A DNA stretch of 63,971 nt, counting the filler, from Guillardia theta CCMP2712 (taxonomy: Eukaryota; Protista; Cryptophyta), in NCBI RefSeq assembly GCF_000315625.1. It is 5 parts of 5 records of this genome, joined end to end, with 100 filler letters (N's around TTAATTAATTAA, not from the genome) between each part and the next. Parts side by side here need not be neighbours in the genome. Positions count along the whole stretch, not along the records: positions 1 to 14,244 come from NW_005434313.1; positions 14,345 to 42,032 come from NW_005434563.1; 3 more parts are not named here. One strand, given 5' to 3'. A program made the position numbers and the translations under genes. This document shows, piece after piece, positions 10,490 through 23,099 of this stretch. The notes under the pieces are model-generated. The model worked only from the letters and a program-made list of their open reading frames with translations, ran no database searches and was not told the DNA's origin. Each line of letters opens with the position of its first letter. Within the stretch, counting starts at the first letter, position 1.

Positions 10490-13400
10490 ATGGGGAAGGA
10501 TGTACAGACAGAGATTCTAGAGCTGGAGCGTGAGCTCTTGACCTTGAGAGTCAAGAATGAAGTGCTGCTCGCCCACTCCTCCGCTCTCGCTCAAATCAGA
10601 AATCCCACGGCTCATCCACCAGCTAGTGCCCAGCAGACGACCAGCTGGACTATCCTCGACGACATCAGCTCTGACCTCAAGAAGCTCTTTCAGACCCCTC
10701 GAGACTCAAAGGATTACAAAACGATTCTCAACAACCTCCGCATGGCTCTCGGCGTCGACGCGTCGGCCATCAGCCCTGACAAGCTCTCGTACGATGACTA
10801 CGAGGTCAGAGTCGCAAGAGAGTGGGAGCTCGAGCGCAAGGCCAGCAGCCTCGGCGACCTCAACATCCTCCGAGTCATGGCGGAGTGCATCCCCGGCGGG
10901 AGCGCGGCGAGTCCTCTTGCGGGGCTACAGGGGATGACGGAGAGCGCTCTATCGGCTCTATGGCAGACGGCGATAGGGAGGAGGCTCGAGGAGGCGCTGA
11001 GGAGGCCGGCGGAGGCAGGAGGGCGGGCGGGAGGAGACGGTCCGACGTCGCACAACAGCAAGTTTGCGGTGAATGAGTCGGACGGTACAGGCAGCGGGGA
11101 GGTACGCGAGGCCGTGTACGGGAAGATCGAGGAGTACTACGGGGGGCTGATGGAGCGGATCGGGCTACCTCAGACGGAGCTGATGAAGGCGATAGAGGAG
11201 GAGCACTGCGAGGGCGAGGACGCGGAGGAAGCGTTCACGACGAGCAACTACGGGATCAGGACGACAGCCAAGGAGGAGTGGCTCAACGTCACAGACCCGC
11301 AGAGGAGGCAGAGCCTGTCGGTCGGGAAGCGGGTGATCCGAGGGATGGAGGAGCTGAAGGGGCTGGACACGGCGATGAAGGCGGGGCTACAGGAGGCGGA
11401 GCTGATCGCGCTGCAGCTCTACACAGGTAAGAGAGAGAGATAGCGAGAGAGGGAGAAGGAGCATGGGGGAGGAGAGAGGAGCAAGAGAGCGTGAGATGGC
11501 TGACAAGAGGCTTGCTATGACAGGGCCGATGTACTTCAAGTACAACTCTGTTCTTCGAGCTCCCAACGACGACCTCCGAGACTCCAGCAAGCTCCCCAAC
11601 AAGTACACGACGACCATCCACTGCATCGTCAGCGGCATCGTCAAGCTGTCTCGTCACACGCCTCTGCCGGAGGGGCTGCGGGTTGTGTGGAGGGGGCTGA
11701 AGGGGATGAGGCTGCCGGAGAGCTTCCTCAACGAGGACAAGCTCGGGGTGTCCGGAGGAGTCGAGTACGGGCTGCTGAGCACGACGACAGACGTCAGGAA
11801 GGCGATGCAGTACGCCGGGGAGGAGGGAGAGTCGATCGTGTTCGAGATCAGCTGCGGGGCGATCGACCGGGGGGCGAGCTTGACGTTTGTGTCTCAGTAT
11901 CCGGGGGAGGGGGAGATGCTGTATCCGCCGCTGTCGTACCTGGAGGTGGTGAAGACGCCGCGGTACAGGGAGGTAGAGGGGAGGCGGGTGAAGGTGCTGG
12001 AGCTGAAGATCAACGCGAACACGATGAGCTTGACGATCGAGGACTTTGTGGGGAAGAGGAAGCAGCTGTATGTAGGGCTGATGGAGAACCTGGCGAGGGA
12101 GGTAGAGCGAGACGTGAGGGGGTGGGAGGGGAGGATCCAGGAGCGGCTCAGGACAGCAACACTTGACTCTTTCTACAAGCACCATCAGAATCTTGTCCGA
12201 TCGATCGTGGAGGAGAGCTGGGGGCTGGTGGAGGCGAGCAGGGCGAGGGAGTCGGGCTGGTACAACGACGAGTCAAACTACAAGGAGGCGATCGAGCTGT
12301 CGAACCGAGTGAAGGACATGGCGATCAACAAGCTCAGGCACTGGATCGAAGACACCCAGGGAGACCTTAAATGTCAAGCCATTGCACGCGAGCCGATGCA
12401 GTCAGTGTACTGGAAGACGATGGCGGGTCTGATGTACAAGATCAGCTCGCGGACTCCAGCAGGCGATGACGGCAGACGAGAGCAGAGCAAGAGGCTGTGC
12501 GGGATGTACGGCTTGTCGATGTCAAGGTCGGGCCAGCACGGGGAGCCGCCGACAGTGACGGCGGTGGTACGAGGACAGGGGGAGCTGATCGGGCTGCTGA
12601 AATCGGGCGAATGCGACATGGACGAGTGGATGGAGGACGGGAGGACAGGGCTGCATGTAGCGGGGATGCTGGGGAGGGCGGGGAGCGTGAGGGAGCTGAT
12701 ACAGGCAGGTGCAGAGGTAGGAGCGAAGGACGATGAAGGGAAGACGATGATGCACTGGGCGGGGGAGTATGGGCATGTGGAGGTGCTGAAGACGGTAGAG
12801 GAAGAATGCGGGAAAGAGACTCTGAGGACCTTGATGATGGAGAGGAGCAATGACGGCAAGACATGCGCGCACTATGCGAGTGCAGGTGGGCACTTGGAAG
12901 TGCTGCGGTATGCTGTAGAGACATGCGGGGAGGAGCTGCTGAGGGAGAAAGACAATGGCGGCAGGACATGCGCGCACTTGGCGAGTCTCAGAGGACACTT
13001 GGAGGTAGTGCGGTATGTTGTAGAGACATGCGGGGAGGAGCTGCTGAGGGAGAAGGCCAATGACGGCTACACATGCGCGCACTATGCGAGTCTCAGAGGG
13101 CACTTGGTGGTAGTGCGGTATGTTGCAAAAATATGCGGGGAGGAGCTGCTGAGGGAGAAGGACAATGATTACGCGACATGCGCACACTTGGCGAGTGAGG
13201 GAGGGCACTTGGAGGTGTTGTGGTATGCTGTAGAGACATGCGGGGAGGAGCTGCTGAGGGAGAAGGACAAGCACGGCAGGACATGCGCGCACTTGGCGTG
13301 CATGGGAGGGCACTTGGAGGTGCTGTGGTATGCTGCAAAAAACATGCGGGGAGGAGCTGCTGAGGGAGAAGGACGAGTACGGCAAGACATGCGCGCACTA

Positions 13401-14244
13401 TGCGAGTCAGAGAGGGCACTTGGAGGTGCTGCGGTATGCTGTAGAGACATGCGGGGAGGAGCTGCTGAGGGAGAAGGACAATGACGGCAAGCATGCGCGC
13501 ACTGGGCAGTCAGAGAGGGCACTTGGAGGTGCTGCGGTATGTTGCAGAGACATGCGGGGAGGAGCTGCTGAGAGCGAAGGCCAATGACGGCTGGACATGC
13601 GCACACTATGCGAGTGCGGGAGGGCACTTGGAGGTAGTGCGGTATGCTGTAGAGACATGCGGGGAGGAGCTGCTGAGGGAGAAGTCCAATGACGGCAGGA
13701 CATGCGCGCACTAGGCGAGTGAGGGAGGTCACTTGGAGGTAGTGCGGTATGCTGTAGAGACATGCGGGGAGGAGCTGCTGAGGGAGAAGGCCAATGACGG
13801 CTGGACGTGCGCGCATGAGGCGAGTACGGGAGGGCACTTGGAGGTAGTGCGGTATGCTGTAGAGACATGCGGGGAGGAGCTGCTGAGGGAGAAGGCCAAT
13901 GACGGCTGGACATGCCCTCATGCGGCGAGTGCGGGAGGGCACTTGGAGGTAGTGCGGTATGTTGCAGAGACATGCGGGGAGGAGCTGCTGAGGGAGAAGG
14001 ACAATGACGGCTGGACATGCCCTCATGCGGCGAGTGCGGGAGGGCACTTGGAGGTAGTGCGGTATGTCGCAGAGACATGCGGGGAGGAGCTGCTGAGGGA
14101 GAAGGACCAGTACGGCAGGACATGCCCTAATGCGGCGAGTGCGGGAGGGCACTTGGAGGTAGTGCGGTATGCTGTAGAGACATGCGGGGAGGACGCTGCT
14201 GAGGGAGAAGGACGAGCACGGCAGGACATGCGCGCATGAGGCGA
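10490..14244 (+). CDS. R-S-E class mono-ADP-ribosyltransferase domain + long ankyrin-repeat array. The 3' array has frameshifts and a stop (pseudogene or assembly error) and runs into the contig end.
   Basis: Intron 11427-11523 (GT..CTGAC..CAG) joins ELIALQLYT-G-PMYFKYNSVLR. ART motifs are VWRG, LLSTTTD and SQYPGEGEMLYPP. Ankyrins start at DGRTGLHVAGMLG and continue as ~13 units of TCAHxASxxGHLEVxRYAVETCGEELLREKxNDGx. The start codon is uncertain. Confidence 0.8.
12861..14244 (+). repeat. 105-bp (35-aa) coding tandem ankyrin array, ~13 copies
   Basis: acatgcgcgcac...gggcacttggaggt...gagacatgcggggaggagctgctgagggagaagg recurs with a 105-bp period (12861, 12966, 13071 onward). Confidence 0.93.
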
Positions 14245-14614
14245 NNNNNNNNNNNNNNNNNNNNNNNNNNNNNNNNNNNNNNNNNNNNTTAATTAATTAA
14301 NNNNNNNNNNNNNNNNNNNNNNNNNNNNNNNNNNNNNNNNNNNNCCTCCTCCTCCTTCTCCTCCTCCTCCTCCTCCTCCTCCTCCCTCCTCCTCCTCCTC
14401 CTCCTCCTCCTCCTCCTCATCCACTGTACCTCCTCCTCCACCACCACCACCACTTCCTGTTCCTCTTCCTGTTCCTTCTCTTCCTCTTTTCTTCCTCTTC
14501 CTGTTCCTCTTCCTTTCCTCTTTCTTCCCTTTCTTCCTCTTTTCTTCCTCTTCCTCTCCTCCTCCTCCCTTCCTCCTCTTCCTCGCCCTCTTCTTTCATC
14601 TCATCCTACTCCAG

Positions 14615-17600
14615 GCCCATCCCTCGACGCTAAGATCCTCCGCGACAACTTCGTCTTCAAGGTCATCCCCATGCTCAACCCCGACGGCGTCATCAACGGC
14701 AATTACCGCTGCTCCCTCTCGGGCCAAGACCTCAACAGGCAGTGGCTGAGCCCCTCCCGCTCGCTCCATCCCACCATCTTCTTCACCAAGATGCTCCTCA
14801 AGCGCCTGACCCAGGAGCGCGAGGTCGCCATGTACTGCGACTTGCACGGCCACTCGAGGAAGAAGAACGTCTTCATCTACGGCTGCGACAACAAGGCTCG
14901 GGGCTCGCAGCACCTGCGGCTCCGCGAGCGCATCTTCCCGCGGCTGCTCTGGCAGAACTCCGAGTGCTTCTCCTTCACCGACTGCTCCTTCAAGGTCCAG
15001 CGCTGCAAGGAGGCGACGGGCCGGGTGGTTGTCAGGAGGGAGTTTGACATCCTGAACTCCTTCACCCTCGAGTGCTCCTTTGCCGGGACGAACTTCGGCG
15101 CCAAGGCGGGGCAGCATATGAAGGTGGAGGACCTTGAGAGGATGGGAGCTGTTCTGTGCTCGACCCTCCTCGACCTCTGGGACCCTGACCAGTCTGCGGT
15201 GATCTGCTTGTCTCCTGCCCCTCCCCCTGCCTTCTCCCTCCTCCCTCCTCCTCTTCCTCCTCTCTGCTGTGTCGAAGCACCCTCTTGCACCCTGTTCCTC
15301 CTCTCCCCTTTCTGCCTCTCCGCAGCATCCCTCCTACTCTACTCTACTCTGATCGTTCCCCTTCCTCGACGTCAGGTAGAAGCTATCCACAAGGAGCTCC
15401 TCCTCCTCTACCCCGAAGACGACAAGGACCTCGACAGCAGCGGGGAGGACAGCAGCTCGGATGACGACTTGCCGTCCAAGAGCGGGAAGGGGAAGGGAAA
15501 AGGAGGGAAGCAGCGGGGTAAGCAGGAGGAAACCCTCCCAGGGATGGTGCAGCGTGCCATCGAAGCTCGTTCAATCTCGCACGCTCCTGCCTCCAGCAAG
15601 TCCGTTCAGTCCATCTTGGACAGGAAGGCGAGTAGGAGGCTGACGAGCAAGGAGAAAGAGGAGGCGGGGAGGGCAGGAGGGAAGAGAGGGGACCCGACAG
15701 TCGAGGTTGGACGAAGCTCTCCAGCTCCGGGGAAGAGTGAGCTGGCGATCAGGTAGACACATGCTGTTGCCCTCATCTACTGTTCTCTCCTCCTCCTCTC
15801 CCTCTCGCTCTGTCCTGCTTTCCCTCTCCTCTCCTCTCCCCTCCTCTCCTCTCCTCTCCTCTCCTCTCCTTTCTCTCCTCCACCCCTTCCCCTTATCTCA
15901 CATGATCTCCCCCCTCCTCTCCTCTTTCTCATCTTGGTCTGCCGAAATACCGTCACTCGCTGCACTTCTTCTCTGACCTTCTCTGGCAGCTACTCTCGCT
16001 CGCTCATGTCTCGCATCACTGAGAGCATCAACTCTCTCGCCCCTGACATGACCAACTAGAACAAGTTCTCCTTCCATCCTCCCTCCTCCCTCCTCCTCTC
16101 TTCCACCCTTCCATCGCCGCTCTTCTCGTCCTCATCCGCCTCTCGTCACTCTTATCCACTCCTCTACTTCCTCTCTCTTAACCGTCTTCTCCCCTACGTC
16201 CAGGAGCTGTCGATTCTTCCCTCACTGACTCTCTAGCCCCCCTGCTCCTCCTCCTCCCTCGCTTCTCTCTCTAACATTTCGAGTTCCTCCTCCATACCAA
16301 ATCTGGTTGAGGTCAGGCTATCCGATGATTCTGGAGGATGACTGGGAGATGGAAAGGGAAGCGAAGGGGGGGGGGGGACCAGGAGCAAGAGGAGGCAGAG
16401 GTGGCGGGAGAGCGAAGGGGAAGGAGCTCCGTGACCAGCATTGCCGGTGAACATCTATCATGCTTCAAGTTTCAACGGGTTGAAATAAAAGAACAAATGA
16501 GAGATGATGAATGTACAAGTTGACTTCCAACTCCCGCCGAGGGGCCTCGAGCACGTCCTGTCCCGCCATCTCACACCCGACTGCTCAGCTCCCTGGAGGA
16601 ACAGCCGGGGCAGCAACAACAGAAACCAGCCCGACACATCAACGAGGTGGATCAATATCGCTGGTCCATCACAAATAGTGACTTGCGAAGTGATCTCTAC
16701 TCTGCAGTGATGTCATCTTCAGTCCCCATAGGCAGAGCGCGACCTGGACGTCATTGTCAGCAGCGCTGGAGGAGGAGCAAGAGACTGAGAGACATACCAA
16801 GCACGAGTAAGACATGAACGACGTCATAGCTCCCTCCATAACCCCCTCGATGTCCTCCTTCACACTCGCTGCATCCCGCAAGTCAGCACAGCCTGCACGC
16901 GCACGAGCACATCCGTCCACCTTCTTTGAAGAAGTCGATGGCAACGTTGAGGTATCTCAGCAGGAGGTAGAGGAGAAAGTATGGGACCGCCTGCACCGAC
17001 GCTCAGGGGAGGAGACAGCAGGCAAACAAGGGCGGGTGACCTCGCTGGGGAAGAAGATGTGCCTCACTAGCCAAGAGTTGGCGCAGAAGATGAGGAAGCA
17101 GACGACAGCAGACTCTTCCCACGAGATCACGATCACAATCGCCTGACGTACGGCAAGCATCAGCCTTGCCCGCTGTCCGCAACAAGCTCTTTCTCACCTG
17201 GAAGATTCGGAACAGATTTCTAGTCGATTGTGTTAGGTCTGTGCTCCACTTGCCATTCAGAGGCATCCATCCTACCCCCACACTCCACAGTGCCAGCAAG
17301 ACGAGCAAGCTGCGTGACAATGTCAGAGAATTTCTTTGCCCCTCCCTCTGTCCCTTCCCCTGCCCCCATGCTCTCTTCCCTCCCTCCAACTCTTCCCGAC
17401 TACCCCACCCTCGCGCTGCGCCGCTCTCAGCTCCAACACCCCCCCCTTCGGTATTGCCTGCTTTCCCTTTTCCCGCATCCTCCCTGTCTTACCCCATCGC
17501 AAACAATCTCTTCAGACTGTACGACCAGGACCCGTACACGAAGAGGAAACCCAACGTTGGTGCTACCAGCACACGAGCGAAGTTTCTCAGTCGGATGCCT

Positions 17601-17625
17601 GCATGACTCGTGTCAAGGGGAGTGA
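14615..17625 (+). CDS. Cytosolic carboxypeptidase (M14D, Nna1/CCP/AGBL family, tubulin deglutamylase-like), 5'-partial, multi-exon
   Basis: Exon 14615-15198 reads FVFKVIPMLNPDGVINGNYRCSLSGQDLNRQW, HPTIF, YCDLHGHSRKKNVFIYGC, GRVVV...NSFTLECSF. The next exon is 15376-15752, followed by low-complexity exons. The 3' end is approximate. Confidence 0.85.
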
Positions 17626-17805
17626 GAGGAAGGCAAGCTCTCACAGATGGTCGAGTAGAACTCTTTCTGATATGCCTTCTCGAGCTCAAGGTCCTCGTAT
17701 CGCCCAAAGAAATGCTCTATCTTCACCTGAACCGTATCGAGTTAGTTCCCACACAAAATAAACAACTTTGTAGCCTTCCCCCGATCGCGTTCCCCTCCTC
17801 CAACA

Positions 17806-18987
17806 CTACCAAAATTTGCTTACCTCCTGCTCGCAGAACCAAAGCGCCGTGTTGCGGTGACTCTTGTTCTGGTACAACCATCCTAGAGGGGAGTAAGGAG
17901 CTTGCATCTCCAGGAGCGCGTCTGGAGACGCGATGTTCTCCGACATCTCAGCCGGATCTCCTGGCAGAACCGGATGACTGTCGCTCCCTGTCGACAACAG
18001 ACCCTCTTGCACGAATGCATATGTACAAAGTTTTCGAGCTGACGGCCTTTTAGTATAGGTGGGTTGCAAGCATTCGTCCAGGAAGCGTTGCGCGTCCTCG
18101 TTCAGATCCTTGGGGATCGCTGGCCTTGCAAACAATCGTTTCGCTCCCGATCCCAGGTCGGGAGCTTCTTCCGGAGGAACATCTTCCATGGTCAGAGCAC
18201 CTGTCAACATCTCCAAAACACAGCATCCCAAACTCCAAATGTCCGACTGTCGCGCAAACACTCCCTTGATAAAAACCTCTGGAGCAGAGTATCCCAACGT
18301 CCCCTCAAACGATTGCGATTGATGGGGAGCATACACTCGCACTTGACCGAAGTCAGATAGCTTCACCACACCCAAAGTCGTGACCAAGCAGGTACTGCAA
18401 GTGATGTTTCTGTGCACGATACAGTGCCTGTGCAGGTAGTCCAGACCAGATAGGATGTGCCGTGTGTATCTGGCTGTTAGACGGTCGCTGAGAGCCCCAA
18501 ACCGTGAGAGAATGCATGCAATACTTCCTCCATCGCAGAATTCCATCAACACACATAGTTTACCGTCTCGGACACACGATCCCTTGTACTGAACGATGTG
18601 GTTATGTCGTAGCAGCCTTAGGGTATTCATCTCTCGCATGAAGCGGTCAGTAGCCTTGGAATTTGCCGATGCGGCTTCTTGTCTGCAGGCCATGAGTTGG
18701 CCAGTAACATCATCGATAGCAACATAGACAACTCCGCTACCCCCGTATTTCAGAGTTTTGTTGCCTCGATGCCAGCTGGTGAAGCTTTCATTCCTGTTCT
18801 CAAAGGCTGTCCTCTCAATCTGTTTTTGCTCTGCGAGGACAACAGGTGTCAACTCCCTCCTCTCTTCATCGGTGAAGTAGTTGTCATCCAGACTGTCCCA
18901 GCTCCCCAGTTCTCGGAGATTTCCTGAGCTCCCACTCGAATGTATGGGAGACGGAGATTCTCTGGACACATGCATTGATGTGACCAC
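17806..18987 (-). CDS. STE11/MAP3K-like Ser/Thr kinase-domain protein, probable pseudokinase. Further upstream exons likely reach ~19.8 kb.
   Basis: Motifs: YGGSGVVY, LRHNHIVQYKG, MEFCDGGSI, YTRHILSGLDYLH..CIVHRNI, KLSDFG, GTLGYSAPEV, SDIWSLGC.VLEMLTG, KRPSARKL. Confidence 0.8.
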   Translation of the reverse strand: MVTSMHVSRESPSPIHSSGSSGNLRELGSWDSLDDNYFTDEERRELTPVVLAEQKQIERTAFENRNESFTSWHRGNKTLKYGGSGVVYVAIDDVTGQLMACRQEAASANSKATDRFMREMNTLRLLRHNHIVQYKGSCVRDGKLCVLMEFCDGGSIACILSRFGALSDRLTARYTRHILSGLDYLHRHCIVHRNITCSTCLVTTLGVVKLSDFGQVRVYAPHQSQSFEGTLGYSAPEVFIKGVFARQSDIWSLGCCVLEMLTGALTMEDVPPEEAPDLGSGAKRLFARPAIPKDLNEDAQRFLDECLQPTYTKRPSARKLCTYAFVQEGLLSTGSDSHPVLPGDPAEMSENIASPDALLEMQAPYSPLGWLYQNKSHRNTALWFCEQEVSKFW

Positions 18988-21363
18988 AGCAAAGTCAAGG
19001 TTTACAGCATTCTTGTTTCATCTGCAAAGATAGAAGTTCACAAACATTCGTTGCAGGCTTGATACTGAAACATGCGGGCCTGAGCCCTGGATTGTATCAA
19101 TGAAGTTGCTGCGTTGCTTGACACGAATTTCAGGCGAGGGTGTCTCCCCGAGTCCCCAGACTCGAAGTGCAGCTTGACCAAACTGACAAAATATTTCACG
19201 ACTGTGGAATCGGGGTATTCGTGATGGTGGTCAAAGCTTCTATGACTATCAGCAGGACATATCGGTACCCTGACGAAACCATGGTGTTAGCATTCAAATG
19301 CAAGAAAACCAAATACAACTTGTATGAACAACTATCTGACATAAACACTGTGTTTAACTGAATAAGTATATATAAATTCGACTGGTGAAGCGTCAAGAGT
19401 AACTTATCACATGCAGAAGGAGATAGTTTGAGTATAGCGTGCACAATAAAACTGCCATGTGGTACAAAACAAGTTTGCAAAGAACGTATGAAGAAGTAGC
19501 TTTCTGAAGCTAGTTAATTGGTCTACAACGATCATCCTTTTCGATCAGTTTCCTCCTGGACTGCAACCAAAATGCATGAAATATCTATATCATCGCTCAT
19601 GCACACAATGACCCCTGGTGTTGCTACACCTAGCGAGTAGTCCTGCTCCTGCCTGTCATCCTTCCCAAAAGTCCCTGTAACATTCGGCTGCGCTAAGAGG
19701 TTTTAGGCCGAGTTAACAGCATAACAGATAGCTGGTGGAACCAGCAGAAGCGTGGGAAGTTGTTCAAACGCCCAGCCAGTGCGAATGCCTACATTTGACT
19801 GGGGAAAGCATGCGGTTCATGAGTTGTAAACAGACGCAGTTTTGGAGGAAGCAAGCACAGAATAGCGGGGAAGGCATGCTGTGTTATAGTGGAGGATAGG
19901 AGGAGGCGAGAGGACGACGAGGCCCTCACGGCATGGTAGTGCCTTGCAACAGCGCCCGACATGCGGCAGGGAGAGGACGATCGTCTGAGGAAACATGAGG
20001 GGTAGTCTGTCTATGAAAAAGGGGGTAGGGGTACATTGTATTATAGAGAATTTGGGGGTTGTTTGAGTTACGTCGAGGTTTGGTGGGTGGGGTGGTCTAC
20101 GCTGAGGTCAAAATGCTATAAAGGGTGGGTAGTGACGGCACTTTTCCTTTCACTGCATGGGTGGTACAGGTATTGTTGCTGAAGGTGCTCGAGAAAGAGG
20201 GGTAGGGGTGGGTATTTCAAGTGAGGCATTGTGAGGCTGCAGGGCTGGAAGGGTGGGGTGGTCAAGAAGAGGGGTATAACAAAACAACAATGTTTCAGAA
20301 GCAAGAAGGCGGTGAATGCCATTTGGGGGTGGGGGTCGTTGGGGAAAAGGGGTCCCCAAGACAACTGGGGGGTACATGGGAGGTGGGGGTAGTGTTCAAC
20401 CGGTAGTCCTAATTTCTTTCCGCAAATCTCAAGGTTGAAGGGGAAGGTCACGGGGACAGGAGGGGTAGTAATGACAGATAGTTTCAAATCGGATGGATTG
20501 AAGGAAAGAGTACCGGTAGTGGGTGAAAACTGGCGATCCTGAGAGAGAAAAAGACTGGAGCATGGAAGGATGTCTCAATTTTAATATAAACTTTATCGAG
20601 AAATGCTCCACTATAGAGCAAGATAAATGGGAGTCTGAAAATGGTATTAACGTGTCTCGCTGTGCCGGGGGGGTACTGTGCCGGGGAGATGGAACCCGGG
20701 GCCGGTGGTACTACCGACCCCGACCCTTTGTATTAAACAACCACTACCCACCCCATTTCCCAAGGGATCAGAGGTATAACTTCAAGGACCCCAACCCCGT
20801 CATGCTCTGACGACAGGTTTGGTGTGTTATACGTACTTAGTAACATGGTGGGTAAATTATAGAGACTGGGGTAGGGTGGTAAAGACTGATAAGGGCAGAA
20901 AGAATTAAGCCCGAACTGTGTATTTCTACTTTTGCTGTCCCTTTCCATTCTTGACCGTGGATATCGAAACTAGCTCTTTTCGATTTGTTTTTCTTTTGAA
21001 CCCTTCGTCGGCACGTCAACCTTGACTGCGACTCCCATCCGAAACCACCCCCACCCCCTCTTCCTCACCTTCCCCCACCGGATGGTTTATCACAGTCACG
21101 AGGTCGATGGGTGTTTATAAATACTTTTGTATTTAAAACTCAATAACTGCATTGCTTTTAGCTCCTCGTGACTGACCCCGTTGATCCCCGTTGTACGACC
21201 GGTGTGGGTTTACTGTAACGGTCGTAACGTAAAACTCCTTCCGGCATGTCCTCTTGCGAGGTCTTGAGATGTAACGCTTTGTAACTGCAACAGCCGGGCC
21301 GGGCCCGGCTTGCCGGATACACCTGGGCCGAATTTTACTGAGAGAACTTTGTCCTGCTTGCCG

Positions 21364-22695
21364 ATGGCGATGGCGATGCGGCTATTGGCGGCCATGGCCG
21401 TCATGCTGTGCATGAAGGAGATGAGGGCAGATGAGAAGAGGAGTGAGGATCAGCTCTCAGACTCCACCCATACCTCACCTCCTTCCTCCACCATCGCTTC
21501 CTTAAGCACCTTCCTGACCTCTCGTCGGATGTTCCAGGACAGCGCTCTGCTGTGGGCGGCGGCTGATGGACAGTGTGAGGAGAGCGAGGCCGGGGCAGAG
21601 GAGCAGCATGACGACGATCAGAATATGATGAAGGACGTGTGGTGGGATCTAACACTGGTTGAGAGCTCCTTCTCGTCATGCCGGCAGCAGGCATGGATCA
21701 ACGACACGCAGCGCTTCAAAGTCGGAAGGCACGAGGAATTCTCCGTCTCGAGGCTGTCGTGCAGAGGGAGCGATCAGTTTGAACCGCCGGAGGACTCCAT
21801 GAGATTGATCGTCCTGGTCGACTACGAGCTCGGCACAGTAGACTCGTGGCGCCATGCTGACCTGCTCGCAGCATGGCTAGTGGAGCCAAGGGTCGTGTGT
21901 CCGTCTTGCTACGAGTATGTCAAGAACAACCGGCACAAGTTCGACCTGATCTTAAGTCACGAGGACGATTTTGTCGTGCAATCAGGAGAGAAGGGGATGT
22001 TTGTGAACGCGGCCGTGCCCTCCATCGACCCATCGCTGTTCCTCCCCGACAGTTTCTTCCGAGACCCCTCGGACGCGTCTGAGTTGATGGGGACGAAGAG
22101 CAGGCTGGTTTCAGCCATCGTCAGCTCCAAGAGGTCTACGACAGGACAGCGACTCCGACACGACGTCCTGGCGTCGCTAGGAGGGAAGCTAGGTGATATC
22201 TACGGCGCCGGGCACAGGCCCCTCCCGGAGAAGCACTCTGCGATTGGTCCCTACCTGTTCCACTTGGTGATCGAGAACAACAGGAGGGAGTGCTACTTCA
22301 CTGAGAAGCTTCTCGACTGCCTCGTCCTCGGGACCGTCCCGCTCTACTGGGGGTGCGAGAGGATCGGGGACGTCTTCGACGAGTCGGGTCTGCTCTCCTT
22401 CCAGACGGTGGAGGAGCTCGCCCAGCTGCTGGACAACCTGAGCCCTGAGCTGTACGCCGAGCTGTATCCTTCCGTCCGGCGGAACTTCCTGCTGGCCACC
22501 AGGGCATACACGGGAATGAGCCCGATGCATCAGCTATGGCGGTCCAAGGGGAGGAGGATGTCGATGGATCTTCCCCGTGTGTCCGTCGTCAGCCCAGCCA
22601 ACGACTCCTCCTCCCCGGTCCGCGGAGCCCTCGAGCTGGACTTCGCCGTCAAGGGCTCTTCCATCCTCAGGCTCGGTGCGGCTGAGGAGATGTGA
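21364..22695 (+). CDS. Glycosyltransferase family 10 (alpha-1,3-fucosyltransferase-like) with N-terminal signal/anchor. Short 3' exons probably continue to ~23.1 kb.
   Basis: GT10 signature YLFHLVIENNRRECYFTEKLLDCLVLGTVPLYWG, plus the hydrophobic N-terminus MAMAMRLLAAMAVMLC. Confidence 0.8.
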   Translation: MAMAMRLLAAMAVMLCMKEMRADEKRSEDQLSDSTHTSPPSSTIASLSTFLTSRRMFQDSALLWAAADGQCEESEAGAEEQHDDDQNMMKDVWWDLTLVESSFSSCRQQAWINDTQRFKVGRHEEFSVSRLSCRGSDQFEPPEDSMRLIVLVDYELGTVDSWRHADLLAAWLVEPRVVCPSCYEYVKNNRHKFDLILSHEDDFVVQSGEKGMFVNAAVPSIDPSLFLPDSFFRDPSDASELMGTKSRLVSAIVSSKRSTTGQRLRHDVLASLGGKLGDIYGAGHRPLPEKHSAIGPYLFHLVIENNRRECYFTEKLLDCLVLGTVPLYWGCERIGDVFDESGLLSFQTVEELAQLLDNLSPELYAELYPSVRRNFLLATRAYTGMSPMHQLWRSKGRRMSMDLPRVSVVSPANDSSSPVRGALELDFAVKGSSILRLGAAEEM

Positions 22696-23099
22696 GGGGG
22701 TGACGTGACGAGTTGCCAACAGCAGGCACTTCATGTCAGGTCACCGTCCTCGTTAACGACATCTTCCTTCGGCACATGGAGGTGAAAAGAGCTTCTCGCA
22801 TCTGATTTATTTCGTCACGCACCTCCTCCTAACCAGACGTTAGGGATGCAACGGGCTGGTGATGATAGATCCCGCCAACATGCGAACAGGTACGGCAAAG
22901 TCATCCTGCTCCTATGGCTATCTTGAATATTCACAATAGAGTACAACATTGTGGAACTGGTTTTGCATGTAAGTGTTAGTCAGGAACACTTCTTGTCTTG
23001 AAGTTTTCCCGCAGACTTTCAATTCGACTCGAACAACTGTGTTCCGCTTTCTCCATGAGCGGTGAGTTCACAACGCCAGCTCGTAGATCGTCTGGAATT

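Noticed and set aside
14289-14300. TTAATTAATTAA palindrome inside N-runs (also 42077-42088, 57286-57297, 62879-62890)
   Set aside because: This is an artificial all-frame-stop contig linker, not biology. Gene adjacency across these points, such as INCENP-like next to MAP65-like, is not treated as evidence.
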